Shown: positions 1 to 10,659 of the stretch, in pieces
How the letters are laid out: the number at the start of each line of letters is the position of its first letter
How positions within the stretch are numbered: position 1 is the first letter of the stretch
NCBI RefSeq assembly: GCF_004010195.1
Contig: NC_057718.1
Coordinates: 1,992,229-2,048,981 of the forward strand
Direction: 5' to 3'
DNA length: 56,753 bases
From: Chiloscyllium plagiosum
Taxonomy: Eukaryota
Program-made: the position numbers and the translations under genes
Notes under the pieces: generated by a model
What the model was told of the DNA's origin: nothing
The model's database searches: none
The model's input: only the letters and a program-made list of their open reading frames with translations

Positions 1-490
1 CTGCCTGCCTTGCTGTGTTCCCTCTCCCTCCTGATGCTGCCTGCCTTGCTGTGTTCCCTCTCCCTCCTGATGCTGCCTGCCTTGCTGTGTTCCCTCTCCC
101 TCCTGATGCTGCCTGCCTTGCTGTGTTCCCTCTCCCTCCTGATGCTGCCTGCCTTGCTGTGTTCCCTCTCCCTCCTGATGCTGCCTGCCTTGCTGTGTTC
201 CCTCTCCCTCCTGATGCTGCCTGCCTTGCTGTGTTCCCTCTCCCTCCTGATGCTGCCTGCCTTGCTGTGTTCCCTCTCCCTCCTGATGCTGCCTGCCTTG
301 CTGTGTTCCCTCTCCCTCCTGATGCTGCCTGCCTTGCTGTGTTCCCTCTCCCTCCTGATGCTGCCTGCCTTGCTGTGTTCCCTCTCCCTCCTGATGCTGC
401 CTGCCTTGCTGTGTTCCCTCTCCCTCCTGATGCTGCCTGCCTTGCTGTGTTCCCCCTCCCTCCTGATGCTGCCTGCCTTGCTGTGTTCTT
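1..490. repeat. 36-bp minisatellite (CTGCCTGCCTTGCTGTGTTCCCTCTCCCTCCTGATG)n, about 13 copies, in a PTK2B intron
   Basis: Near-perfect 36-nt period. The unit resembles the 'gatgctgcctgacctgctgtg' segment of the Penelope-like termini seen elsewhere, and the array runs into 'ccagcatctgcag'. Confidence 0.95.
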
Positions 491-874
491 CCAGCCTCCT
501 GCCTGTCTACTTTGGATTCCAGCATCTGCAGTGTTTTTTGTCTGTAACTGAAATGTCGTTGACAACTAATCACATGAATTATTCACTGATGTTGATGATT
601 GGCATAAGATCAGCCTTCCAGGAGATTGAACAGGAGATCTGCCCAGTTGTATTGTTTTACTCTCCAGCGGGATAGCTACTGATGTGGTTTTTTGGTGGGT
701 CAGAAATGTGGGGTTGGTGTCACAGGATCTTGTGTCAGTGCCCTGGGGGTGAGGAGTCATTGAGTGGAAAATACTTGATGGTATGGAGGATTGTGATTAA
801 CAGACTCAGCTGTGGGGCCGAAAGTAACAAACTGAGGAAATGTCACCTTGTCTCTCATCTCTTTTATTTTTCAG

Positions 875-899
875 GACAGCGACCAGGAGCCTTGCTACA
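875..899 (+). CDS. PTK2B: PTK2B 25-nt micro-exon (DSDQEPCY + 1 nt)
   Basis: Polypyrimidine tract ending ttttcag and donor gtaagt. Phase 0 to 1 joins in frame to the next exon, giving PCYTEF, comparable to mammalian Pyk2 VGYLEF. Confidence 0.75.
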
Positions 900-1868
900 G
901 TAAGTCCCAGGTTTACAGTGGAGTTGGTGGTGGTTGGGAGGGATCCAGCAATAGTATAGCATTGAATTGGACACTGCTCAAATCTCTCCTTCCAGCCAAG
1001 CCTGACTGTTGCCCAGGTTTTACTATGTGGACAAAGGTTGATTGAGAACCTGAGCAGAGTCTAGATTTGAGTGGGGCTGGAAAATCACAGCAGGCCAGGC
1101 AGCATCCGAGGAGCAGGAGAATTGACATTTTGGGCAAAAGCCCATCATCAGGAATTCCTGTCGATTTTCCTGCTCCTCAGATGCTGCCTGACGTGCTGTG
1201 CATTTCAAGCACCACTCTGATCTTGACTATAATCTGCCGTACCCACCTCTGCCTCCTGAGAACCTGGGCAGGCTGCAGCTCCCCAGGATTGCAGTGTGTA
1301 TGTTGAGACTGCAGTTATACACAGGCACTGACTGACCACATGCTCTCTGCAGCTCTGTCAGTGATGACACTTCCATACGAGCTGTTAATTCTAATCACCT
1401 TTCGTAAGGTTTGTAGTGAATGTAGTTTTTAAACAATCATACTGTTCACGTTGGGTCACCCAGCAACACAGAACTCTGTCTGAATCCTGCTCCAGTCCCT
1501 GGAGAGTGACCCGGGGGGAGCATTCTGGGGACTTAAGTGAAGTTGGTGAAGCGAGTGTTGGTAGGGAGGGAACCAAGAGCAGGAAGCTGAGTGCTGTGAG
1601 GAGGCCAGCACTCGGAATGTGCTGGGTACCTCTCAGGAAGAGTAACAGCCACAACACCATCTCACAGCATCATCAGCCTGCACCCCATGGACTGCTGTAG
1701 GTGGTTCAAGAAGGCAGCTCACCGCCACCTTCTCCAGGGGCAACTAGGGACTGGCCCCAGCCAGTGATACCCACATCCCACGAGTGAAGGTTAGACTGTG
1801 CGCTGTCTAAAATGCTACTTGGTGCAGACATTCTAATCACCGTGTTCTTTCTGTCCCTTGTTTTGGAG

Positions 1869-1915
1869 CTGAGTTCACAGTGCCACCCGAGAAACCTCCG
1901 AGGAAAAACCTCCCG
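1869..1915 (+). CDS. PTK2B: PTK2B exon, proline-rich region (TEFTVPPEKPPRKNLP)
   Basis: Matches Pyk2 EFTGPPQKPPR. Acceptor ttttggag, donor gtgagt, phase 1 to 0. Confidence 0.9.
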
Positions 1916-2472
1916 GTGAGTCCCTGACCGAGTGTCCTGCAGCTCTGGGGAGTAATCTGGGAATGTTGTGTAAGCCTGATGTGGGGGGGGGGGGGGGAGA
2001 GCTGATTTGGTTGGAGAGCTGATATCAGCAATGAGTTACTCTGTGCGTTCTGTAACACCCCTCACCACCAAATCTTCAATATATCAGCCAGTCTCTAGAG
2101 TATCCGAGTATACAACGCTGAGGGGAACCCTGTGGGCTCTCTGAACAGATGCCACTCCAACTTTGCAGCATTATATACTTCCCCTTGTCCAGCTTGCCTT
2201 GTGAAATTATTTGAGAGTGCCCTCCATGAATTGATGCCAATTCTGAAAGTCTTGCCCAATTTGTTGAGAGTTCAGCTGCACTGAGACCAAGCCTCTTCTG
2301 AAACCACGGAGCAAGAGGAGACACTCAGTCGTCTGAGCCTATTCCAGCACCCACCCAGACTGGTTCCAGTTCTGGTCACCCTGCCGTGGGAAGGATATTA
2401 TTAAACTGGAGAGGGTTCAGAAGAGATTGACCAGGATGTTGCTGGGAATGGAGGGTTTGAGGATAGGAGTTG

Positions 2473-2673
2473 AAACTTTATTGCTGGAACAGCACAGCAG
2501 GTCAGGCAGCATCCAGGGAACAGGAGATTCGACGTTTCGGGCACAGGCCCTTCCTCAGGCCTGTGCCCGAAACGTCGAATCTCCTGTTCCCTGGATGCTG
2601 CCTGACCTGCTGTGCTGTTCCAGCAATAAAGTTTCAACTTTGATCTCCAGCATTTGCAGACCTCACTTTCTCC
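2473..2673. mobile_element. Penelope-like terminal element with an internal inverted repeat of about 80 bp and a 16-bp TSD
   Basis: TTGAGGATAGGAGTTG at 2457-2472 and 2674-2689. The arms are reverse complements around ~2550. Confidence 0.85.
2531..2558 (-). ncRNA. Minimal type I hammerhead ribozyme core
   Basis: Minus strand reads CUGAGGA-agggc-cugu-gccc-GAAACGUC. Confidence 0.65.
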
Positions 2674-3597
2674 TTGAGGATAGGAGTTGGGATATCATGT
2701 TGAAGTTGTATTAGATACTGGGGAGGCTCCTTCTGGAGTACAGTACTGTGTCCAATTCTGGTGTCCTTGTTATAGGAAGGATATGATTAAACTGGATAGG
2801 GTTCAGAAGAGATTGACCAGGATGTTGCCAGGAATGGCGAGTTTGAGATATGAGGAGAGACTGGATAGGCTGGGACTTCCTTCACTGGCAGTGTAGGAGG
2901 TTGAGGACTGACCTTATAGGGGTTTGTAAAATCATACGGGAAACAGATAAGGTGACTAGCCAAGGGTCTTTTTCCCTAGGGTGGGGGAGTTGAAAACCAG
3001 GGGACATATTTCTAAGGCGAGAGGGGAAAGTTTTAAAAAGGATTTGAAGGACAACCTCTTTACACAGAGAGGTGTTTGTGTTTGGAGTCTACTGCTAGAG
3101 GAACTGGTGGATGCAGATACAGTTACAACACTTAAAAGATCTGGATAGGCACATGAATAGGAAAGGGAGGGGAAGGATATGGCCACGCACAGGCAGGTGG
3201 GAAACGTTCAGTTTGGGATTGTGGTCAGCACGGACTGGTTGGACCGAAGGGTCTGTTTCTGAGCTGTTTGACTCTGAGTGAATCTCTGCAATACTCCCTC
3301 GAAAGCAAGTTGATCTTTTCTCGATTTCCTGATACTAAAGCAATCTGGGGATATGGGGATAGTACGGAGGGAGAAATAGTATTGTTACAGCAGATCAGCT
3401 GTGAGCGTATTGAATGGCAGAGCAGGCCTGAGGGGCTGAATGGCCTACTCCTGCTCCTGTTCCCATGAGCATGCTGAAAGGTATCTAAATTCACCATCAG
3501 CGTGCTCCCATTTCAGAGGGTGCCTTTCCTAAACAGTGAATGAAACCTTTCTGTGTCAGCTTCAGCACCTGATGATGCTCCTTTTCCACACATTCAG

Positions 3598-3741
3598 CCA
3601 ATACAAGCAGCTCCCACAGCCAACCTGGACCGCTCGAATGACACCATCTATCCTCAGGTCATGGAGCTGGTTAAGTCGGTGCTACACCTGAAGAACCAGG
3701 TCTATCAGCTCCCCTGTGAAGAGTACATCAACCTGGTGAAG
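3598..3741 (+). CDS. PTK2B: PTK2B exon, start of FAT domain (PIQAAPTANLDRSNDTIYPQVMELVKSVLHLKNQVYQLPCEEYINLVK)
   Basis: The PTANLDR...VMELV motif of the FAK/Pyk2 FAT domain. cag/gtaagc boundaries, 144 nt, phase 0-0. Confidence 0.95.
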
Positions 3742-4254
3742 GTAAGCTGGTTAACCTCGGGCAGGGGGCGATGGTCCCCGTCTTGAAGCCATCATAAAAC
3801 AAAGAAAAAGCACAGCAAGATCCCATAATAGTGCCAGGGCACGTTTTCCATCCAGTGCAAAAGGCAGATGAAGTTTAATTTGATCCCATCTGAAAGACCC
3901 TGCCAGTGTTGGGTCTGAACCTGTCAATCATCCTGGTCAGAGGACAACAGCAATCATTGAGTGAAGAAGCTTCCTGTCTATTAATGTGTCGGGGATTATG
4001 TTTATAAATATCGTGCTGCTTCAGGCTCTGACCCTCAGGGTTTTAGTCAAATTGAGTCGTGTCATGGTTGTAATTCTGGAATCAGGAGCGGCTCATCATC
4101 CAGAGGACATCAGCTCAAATCCCAACAAAGGCAGTTGTAAAAGTTCAGGATAGAAGCAAGTTCTGTACTGAAACAACAAATGCTGAAGATCACAGCGGGT
4201 CAGGCAGCATCCAAGGAGAGAGAGCAAGCTAACATCATCCAGACTGGAAACATT

Positions 4255-4572
4255 AGATTTAGATTACTTACAGTGTGGAAACAGGCCCTTCGACCCAACA
4301 AGTCCACACCGACCCACCGAAGAGCAACCCACCCAGACCCATTCCCCTACATTTACCCCTTCACCTAACACTACGGGCAATTTAGCACGGCCAACTCACC
4401 TAACCTTGCACTTTTTTTTGGACTGTGGGAGGAAACTGGAGCACCCGGAGGAAACCCACGCAGACACAGGGAGAATGTGCAAACTCCACACAGTCAGTTG
4501 CCTGAGGTGGGAATTGAACCCGGGTCTCTGGCGCTGCGAGGCAGCAGTGCTAACCACTGTGCCACCGTGCCA
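4255..4572 (-). mobile_element. HE1-like tRNA-derived SINE
   Basis: Minus strand begins ggcacggtggcacagtggttagcactgctgcc...gggttcaattccc (A and B boxes) and ends in a LINE-like tail with (atcta)n. Confidence 0.85.
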
Positions 4573-5204
4573 CCCACTTAGCTTGCTCTCTCTCCATGGA
4601 TGCTGTGATTTCCAGCATGTTTTGTTTTCGCTGTAAAAATTCAATTTGGAAATGATACTTTCAACAGAATGAAAATCAGACATCAATAAAACTGACCCTG
4701 AAACTCTTACCTTGTTACAAAAATTTCACCTGCCTGTGTGATATCATTGCAGGACAAATGCAAGACAGGGACTAGCATGTGGAAAATCAAACGCCAACTC
4801 AAAATTCCAGGGATCACTGAAGGACAGCGTAAATACACAAATGGCCACAAGAGTGTGCTATCAGACTTCCCTCTCCTGAATGATTTGTTTTTCTATTCAT
4901 GGGATGAGGATATTGCTGACTAGGACCCAACATTTATTTACCTAACCCCCTGCGTCACTCAGTGATCCAAACTCCACTTGACTTGTTTGAACCCCCTTAG
5001 GAATGGGAAATCTATTAGAGGTTAGTTTGATTTGTAAATGTCTTGGTAATAAGAGGTGTGTATCAATTGTATGGAATTTGATCAGAGTAACTGCACCTTT
5101 TCAAGACTACGGTTGCCTGACAACTCATTCCCCCAAGTAAGACCTGGTCCGTAGCCAGTCCGTGTGGAAGGGCATCACGTGCTGACTGGATGGTTTCTGT
5201 GATG

Positions 5205-5415
5205 AGGAGGTGCTGGTATTGGACTGGCGTGGACAAAGTTAAAAATCCCACAACACCAGGTTAAAGTCCAACAGGTTTATTTGGAAGCACTAGTTTCAGA
5301 GCGCTGCTCCTCAGTGACTAGCTACCTGATGAAGGAGTGGCACTCTGAAAGCTAGTGCTTCCAAATTAACCTGCTGGGCTATAACTTGGTATTGTGTGAT
5401 TTTTTTTTTAACTGG
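5205..5415. mobile_element. Penelope-like terminal inverted element (family 2)
   Basis: acaacaccaggtt...ccaacaggtttatttggaagcactag and its reverse complement surround a CUGAUGA...GAAAGCUA core. Confidence 0.7.
5326..5354 (+). ncRNA. Minimal hammerhead ribozyme core
   Basis: CUGAUGA-aggagu-ggc-acucu-GAAAGCUA. Confidence 0.6.
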
Positions 5416-6844
5416 ATTGTTTCTGGACTGTTTCTGGACACTGTGTATCATTATCCAATTTCCTTTCACATAACCTGATATTTTCTCACACTCCATTGGC
5501 CAGAACCATAGAACATCACAAGAGTTTGTTCAGGAGATGTGGTGGGAGTAACAAATTTGGTGTGAATTTACTGTAATAATTCACCAGACGCAAAGGAAGA
5601 GCTCAGAGATATTCTGAGGGTATGGCCCACGTCATATCGTTTCATCCTCATTCCCACTTGTCAAATCCCGGACAGTGAAGAAATACCAACATCAGCTTCT
5701 GAACCTGTGGGTATTAATCAGCAAATAGCACTTTGACTCATTGTTTCCCTCATGTTGCAGAAAGACATGTGTCAGATTTCACTCAAAAAGCATTAACCTC
5801 CGGACAACTTGGTGACTGCTTCATCATAAATAATTATTAACAACAGAAACAAAAACAGAAATTGCTGGGAAAACTCAGCAGGTTTGGCAGAGGGTGAGAA
5901 CTGAAGCATTAACTCTGATTTCTCTCCACAAATGCTGCCAGACCTGCTGAGCTTTCTAGCAATTTCTGCTTTTGTTTCTGATCTGCAGCATCTGCAATGC
6001 TTTTGGTTTTCATTTGATAATTATGAGGTGGATTACAATCTAGTATCTGATTTATGATGGTTTATAAACCCCACATAATCTCACTCCACCTGTCTGCCTT
6101 CCTTTAATCTATGTGACACTGACCTCCACCTCCTTTCGGTTCTCTGCTGTTGAGCACAAGGCCTGCTACATCTTTGCCGGTAAGGCAGTCTGCTGTTTCT
6201 CTGAACCCATCTGCCTTATTTCCCTGAATCACCTTAATGTTTCACCAAACACCCAACAAAACTTGCTGATCACATCATGTAGAGTTGTCAGTTTCACTTT
6301 CACATGAACAAATGCATTCCAGATTATCTGCAGTATTCTTTAACAAGTTCCTTTCTGACCAAGACTGGAATTTCATCCGCTGCTAAGATAATGGGGGATT
6401 TCACCCATTGCTCAGTGTAGGTGACAGGAACCATTTCCATTGGGGCGAGATTTTATTTCCTCCATTTGCGTCTTATTTCTGTCTGTGATTTCTTCCAGCA
6501 GTGTTGAAACCATTTTTGTCGCTATTTAAATTCAGGAATCCCCCTGTCAATGTGCAGTTTCAAACACACTTAGGGCAATGGGTGAACAAATGATAAATCG
6601 CAGAGGAATATAAATGTCAGTGCAAAGGGATATACTTTGGCAGGAAGAACAGAGAGAATGTAAAACAAAGGGTACAGTTCTAAAGGGGTGCAGGAGCTCA
6701 GTGACCTGGCTGTGTCTGTGCACAAACCATTAAAGGTGGGTGGAGGCGAGAGTCATGTTTAAAGCAGACAGTATCTTGGGTTTTATTAACAGAGGCACAG
6801 AGTGTAAGAGCAGAGACTGAAACAGAAATTGCTGGAAAAACACA

Positions 6845-7112
6845 GGCAGCACGGTGGCCCAGTGGTTAGCACTGCTGCCCCACAGCGCCAGGGACCCAGG
6901 TTCGATTCCTGCCTCGGGCGACACTCTGTGTGGAATTTACCTGTTCTCCCCATGGGTTTGCTCTGGTTTCCTCCCACAGTCCAAAGATGTGCAGGTTTGG
7001 TGGATTGGTCATGGGGAAATGCAGGGTTACACTGATAGTGTGGGATGCCCTTTGGAGGGTAGATGTGGACTCGATGGGTTGAAGGGCCTGCTTCCACACG
7101 AAAGGGATTCTA
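6845..7112 (+). mobile_element. HE1-like tRNA-derived SINE
   Basis: ggcagcacggtggcccagtggttagcactgctgcc...ggttcgattcc (A and B boxes) and a CR1-like tail. Confidence 0.8.
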
Positions 7113-7321
7113 TCAGTTCAGCAGGACCCTGTGGAGAGAAAGCAGAGAGTTTTTTATTTCAAAAATATACTTTATTCATAAACTATTTTGATGATCTGTA
7201 CAATTGGCCATGCCATACATCCGTAAACATTCCATTTCTTGGTATACAGAGACAGAGTAATCATTCATATATACAGGTCTGTACGATTCGTATCCATTTG
7301 GATCCATATACTATCCATATC

Positions 7322-7745
7322 CATGGAGTTCAACCTGGATAAATGCGAGGTGATGCATTTTGGAAGGTTGAATCTGAAAGCTGAGTACAGGATTAAGGAT
7401 AGGATTCTTGGCAGTGTGGAGGAACAGAGGGATCTTGGTGTGTAGGTACATAGATCCCTTAAAATGGCCACCCAAGTGGACAGGGTTGTTAAGAAAGCAT
7501 ATGGTGTTTTGGCTTTCATTAACAGGGGGATTGAGTGTTAAGACACAGAGAGTTGTGAGAGCATGGAATGCGTTGTCAGCAGCAGTTGTGGAAGCAAGGT
7601 CATTGGGGACATTTAAGAGACTGCTGGACATGCATATGGTCACAGAAATTTGAGGGTGCATACATGAGGATCAGTGGTCAGCACAAAATCGTGGGCTGAA
7701 GGGCCTGTTCTGTGCTGTACTATTCTATGTTCAATGTATGTTCTA
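7322..7745 (+). mobile_element. CR1 LINE 3' fragment inserted in the 3' region of a Tx1-like element
   Basis: MEFNLDKCEVMHFG...GSVEEQRDLGV and a (ttctatg)n tail. Confidence 0.85.
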
Positions 7746-7749
7746 TATA

Positions 7750-8015
7750 TTTAGCTGGGGGGTCAGCAGAGCACCCTTACTGCGTGGGCCCCTGTGCTGA
7801 GGCAGGCAGATGTTACACAGTGGTCTTTCCCCACCACGCCTTGGCAGCAGCTGCCCCAAGCTTCAGCACGTCCCTCAACACGTAGTCCCGGACCTTGGAA
7901 TGTGCCAGTCTGCAACACTCAGTCGGGGTCAACTCCTTCAGCTGGAAGATCAACAGGTTTCGAACCACCCAGAGAGCGTCCAAGAAAGCAGAGTCCAGTG
8001 ACCCTCCTTCACTGG
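7750..8015 (-). mobile_element. Tx1/L1-clade LINE ORF2 C-terminal fragment (3' UTR probably extends to about 7150)
   Basis: Minus-strand ECCRLAHSKVRDYVLRDVLKLGAAAAKAWWGKTTV*, and an A-rich 3' end near 7150-7180. Confidence 0.7.
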
Positions 8016-8807
8016 TTGTGGAACTCATATAAGACCCTGGTTAGGCCTCAGCTGGAGTGTTTATACCTGTGGGCGCCACACCTTCTGATGGCTGTGACTG
8101 CACTGAAGGTGGGGGTGACTGCAGAGGAGGTTCCAGGAATGAGAAAATCCCATCGCATGGATAGATTGGAGAGGTTGGGATAGTTGTCTCCAAGAAGGAC
8201 AGAATGGGAGACTGACCAAGCTGTTCAAGCTCCCACGTGGCCTACACAGACTGTTCCCATTGGTGGGAGAATTGTGAACCACAGGGCACAGCTTTAAGGC
8301 AATTGGCAAAACAAGTAAAAATTGCAGCGAGTGGCTGGGCTCAGGAATTCATTGGCCTGTCAGTGTGGAGGCATTACAGAGGGATGTGGATATTTATCTG
8401 GAAAGGAAGAATGTGCAGGGTAACAGAGCAGGGTGTAGTACAAGGTGCATGTCTCATTCTGAGGATCCGCAGACACGTGGGGCTGAATGGCCTTCTCCTG
8501 TTTTGTGACTCTAGAATTTCCATTGGAATGTACAGGACAGTTGAAAATCAGAGTCACACTGGCAGTGTGTTAGAGGTTTGCCTTCACTGTCTGATCTTAA
8601 GAATCTGGAGTCACGTAGACAAATGATAGGCTCGGGGAGACAATAAGTATTTTAACCTGGCCTCTACGTTTCCAGTGTCCTGTAACTGGAAAATCAAACC
8701 AATGAACTGTTACAGCTGCAGCTACTGCATCAATTGTTTAGGCCACACGTTCATTCTGATGATTTCCAATCGTGCTTGTAACACCATGACCATTCTCTAC
8801 ATTCTAG

Positions 8808-8888
8808 ACAGTGGGAGTCAACCTTCGAAAATTGACTGGCAGTGTAGATGAGCTGTTGCCGTCGCTACCTGCAACATCCCGCACAGAG
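8808..8888 (+). CDS. PTK2B: PTK2B exon, FAT domain (TVGVNLRKLTGSVDELLPSLPATSRTE)
   Basis: Matches Pyk2 NVGLTLRKLIGSVDDLLPSLPSSSRTE. tag/gtgagt boundaries, 81 nt. Confidence 0.95.
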
Positions 8889-9309
8889 GTGAGTCCCAGT
8901 TCATTTTATTACCATCTGCCTCAGTCACTGACCCGCTACGTTTTAGGAGCAGGATTCTTTTCAAAGTGCATTCCTTAATCAGCAGACCTCACTATTTCGA
9001 AAGACATGTGGTTTAGCTGTCATCAGCTTAATTTCTGAGGGAGGGAGGTTTTCTTAAAATTCTGCATTTCCAACAGAGGTTATGTGGAATATTTCACACT
9101 CAACTGAAAGGAATCTTAGTTGAGGTTTTTAACCAGCTTTTCTGGTGAATATTTTGATAAGGAGTTGAGAAAGATTCCTGGTGACAGCCTCCAGGTGAGA
9201 GAGTGGAAAAGTTGAGAAGTTTCTTTTTTTTTAATCCCCCTCAATCAGATTGCCCCTCAGCTGTAAGGAGAGCCCTCCCAGACTCCCATTTCTCCAAATC
9301 CCTGCTCCT

Positions 9310-9780
9310 TTAGACTGAGGTTCAGAAAACATTCACTGGGATGTTGTTGGAACTGGAGGGTTTGAGTTATGAGGCAAGGCTGGATAGGTTGGGATGACTC
9401 TCACTGGAATGTAGGGGACTGGGGGGGGGTGACTTTATGGAGGTCTATAAAATCATGAGGGGCATCGATAAATTGAATGGCAGGTATCTTTTCCCCAGGG
9501 TGGGGGATTTCAAAACTGGGGGTATATTTTTAAGGTGAGAGGAGAAAGATTTTAAAAGGACATGAGGGGAATTTTGTTTGAACACAGAAAGTGGTTCACA
9601 TGTGGAATGTACTTCCTGAGGAAGTGGTAGATGAGGGCACAGTTACAACATTTAAAAGAGATTTGGATAAGTATACGGGTAGGAAAGAGTTGGAGGGATA
9701 TGGGCAGGTGGGGCTAATTTAGTTTGGGATTATGTTCGGCATGGACTGGTTGGACTGAAGGGTCTGTATGACTCCATGAC
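9310..9780 (+). mobile_element. CR1 LINE 3' fragment
   Basis: Similar to the 2800-3280 copy (gaggttcagaaa...ggactggttggactgaagggtctg). Confidence 0.75.
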
Positions 9781-10443
9781 CAGTCCAGTAAATCACATCT
9801 GCACTCTCAGCAAGATTGGATCATTTTCTATGAATGATCAGAAGCCTTTCCCCCTCCGTTACTGAATTTCACCACATGTAGCTAAAATAATACACAAATC
9901 AGAATCATCATGTTATTTGGTTGAAGACTCCCACAGCCTGAAGGCTGAGTTACAGTGTAATTTACAGAGAAAATCATAAATAACAGAAGCAAGCAATTTA
10001 GCAAGAACAGGGAAGTGGTGGATGGGATGTTAATAGAAATGCTGAATTAAAATGGAATGACGATTATAATACAATTCACCATTCCTACATACTGACACTG
10101 AAGTCCATGTAATTGTTGGCTGCTCAGAGCTTTGAATCCTTTGTAACTCAGGAGGAGGCCATTCGGCCCATTGAACTTGCTGCAGCTCTTCCATTGAGCA
10201 TCATTCCCCAGCCAATCTCCGGCCTTTCCCCCAACCCCTCACACATCATTTCCATCCAGCTAACTCTCCAATGTCCTCTTGAATGAGAGACCTAAAGCAG
10301 GCCTGACGTATCTGATTGCTGCTCGTAATCTAACCCCTGGAGTCCAGGCATTGTTCTTGTCAACTGATGTGCCCCCTCCCAGATCTGCTGACAGTGCTGC
10401 AGGTCAGCTGTAACCAGGGTTTCTTCATCTTGTTTCTGTTCAG

Positions 10444-10659
10444 ATCGAGGGGACACAGAGGCTCCTGAACAAAGACCTAGCTGAGCTGATAAACAAGATG
10501 AAACTGGCCCAGCAGAATGCGGTGACCTCGCTGAGTGAGGAGTGTAAGAAGCAGATGTTGACAGCTGCCCACACTCTGGCCGTAGACTCCAAGAACCTTC
10601 TGGATGCTGTGGACCAGGCCAGGGTTCGGGCAGGACAAGCCAAACCAGTCCCGAACTGA
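10444..10659 (+). CDS. PTK2B: PTK2B terminal coding exon (IEGTQRLLNKDLAELINKMKLAQQNAVTSLSEECKKQMLTAAHTLAVDSKNLLDAVDQARVRAGQAKPVPN*)
   Basis: Near-identical to the Pyk2 C-terminus. IEGTQ and QQNAVTSLSEEC distinguish Pyk2 from FAK. Acceptor cag at 10441-10443, stop TGA at 10657-10659. Confidence 0.97.
   Translation: MEGTQRLLNKDLAELINKMKLAQQNAVTSLSEECKKQMLTAAHTLAVDSKNLLDAVDQARVRAGQAKPVPN

Larger units (their letters stand above)
2340..3280 (+). mobile_element. CR1-type LINE 3' fragment(s) interrupted by a Penelope-like hairpin insertion
   Basis: Degenerate YCVQFW...RVQKRLTRMLPG...YEERLDRLGL translation and a CR1 3' UTR. Confidence 0.8.

Noticed and set aside
10-675. 221-aa and 178-aa repetitive ORFs
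   Set aside because: Translation artefacts of a 36-bp stop-free minisatellite in an intron.
4500-4572. tRNA-like A and B boxes (also near 6850, 31710 and 45060)
   Set aside because: These are SINE heads without a full cloverleaf, not tRNA genes.
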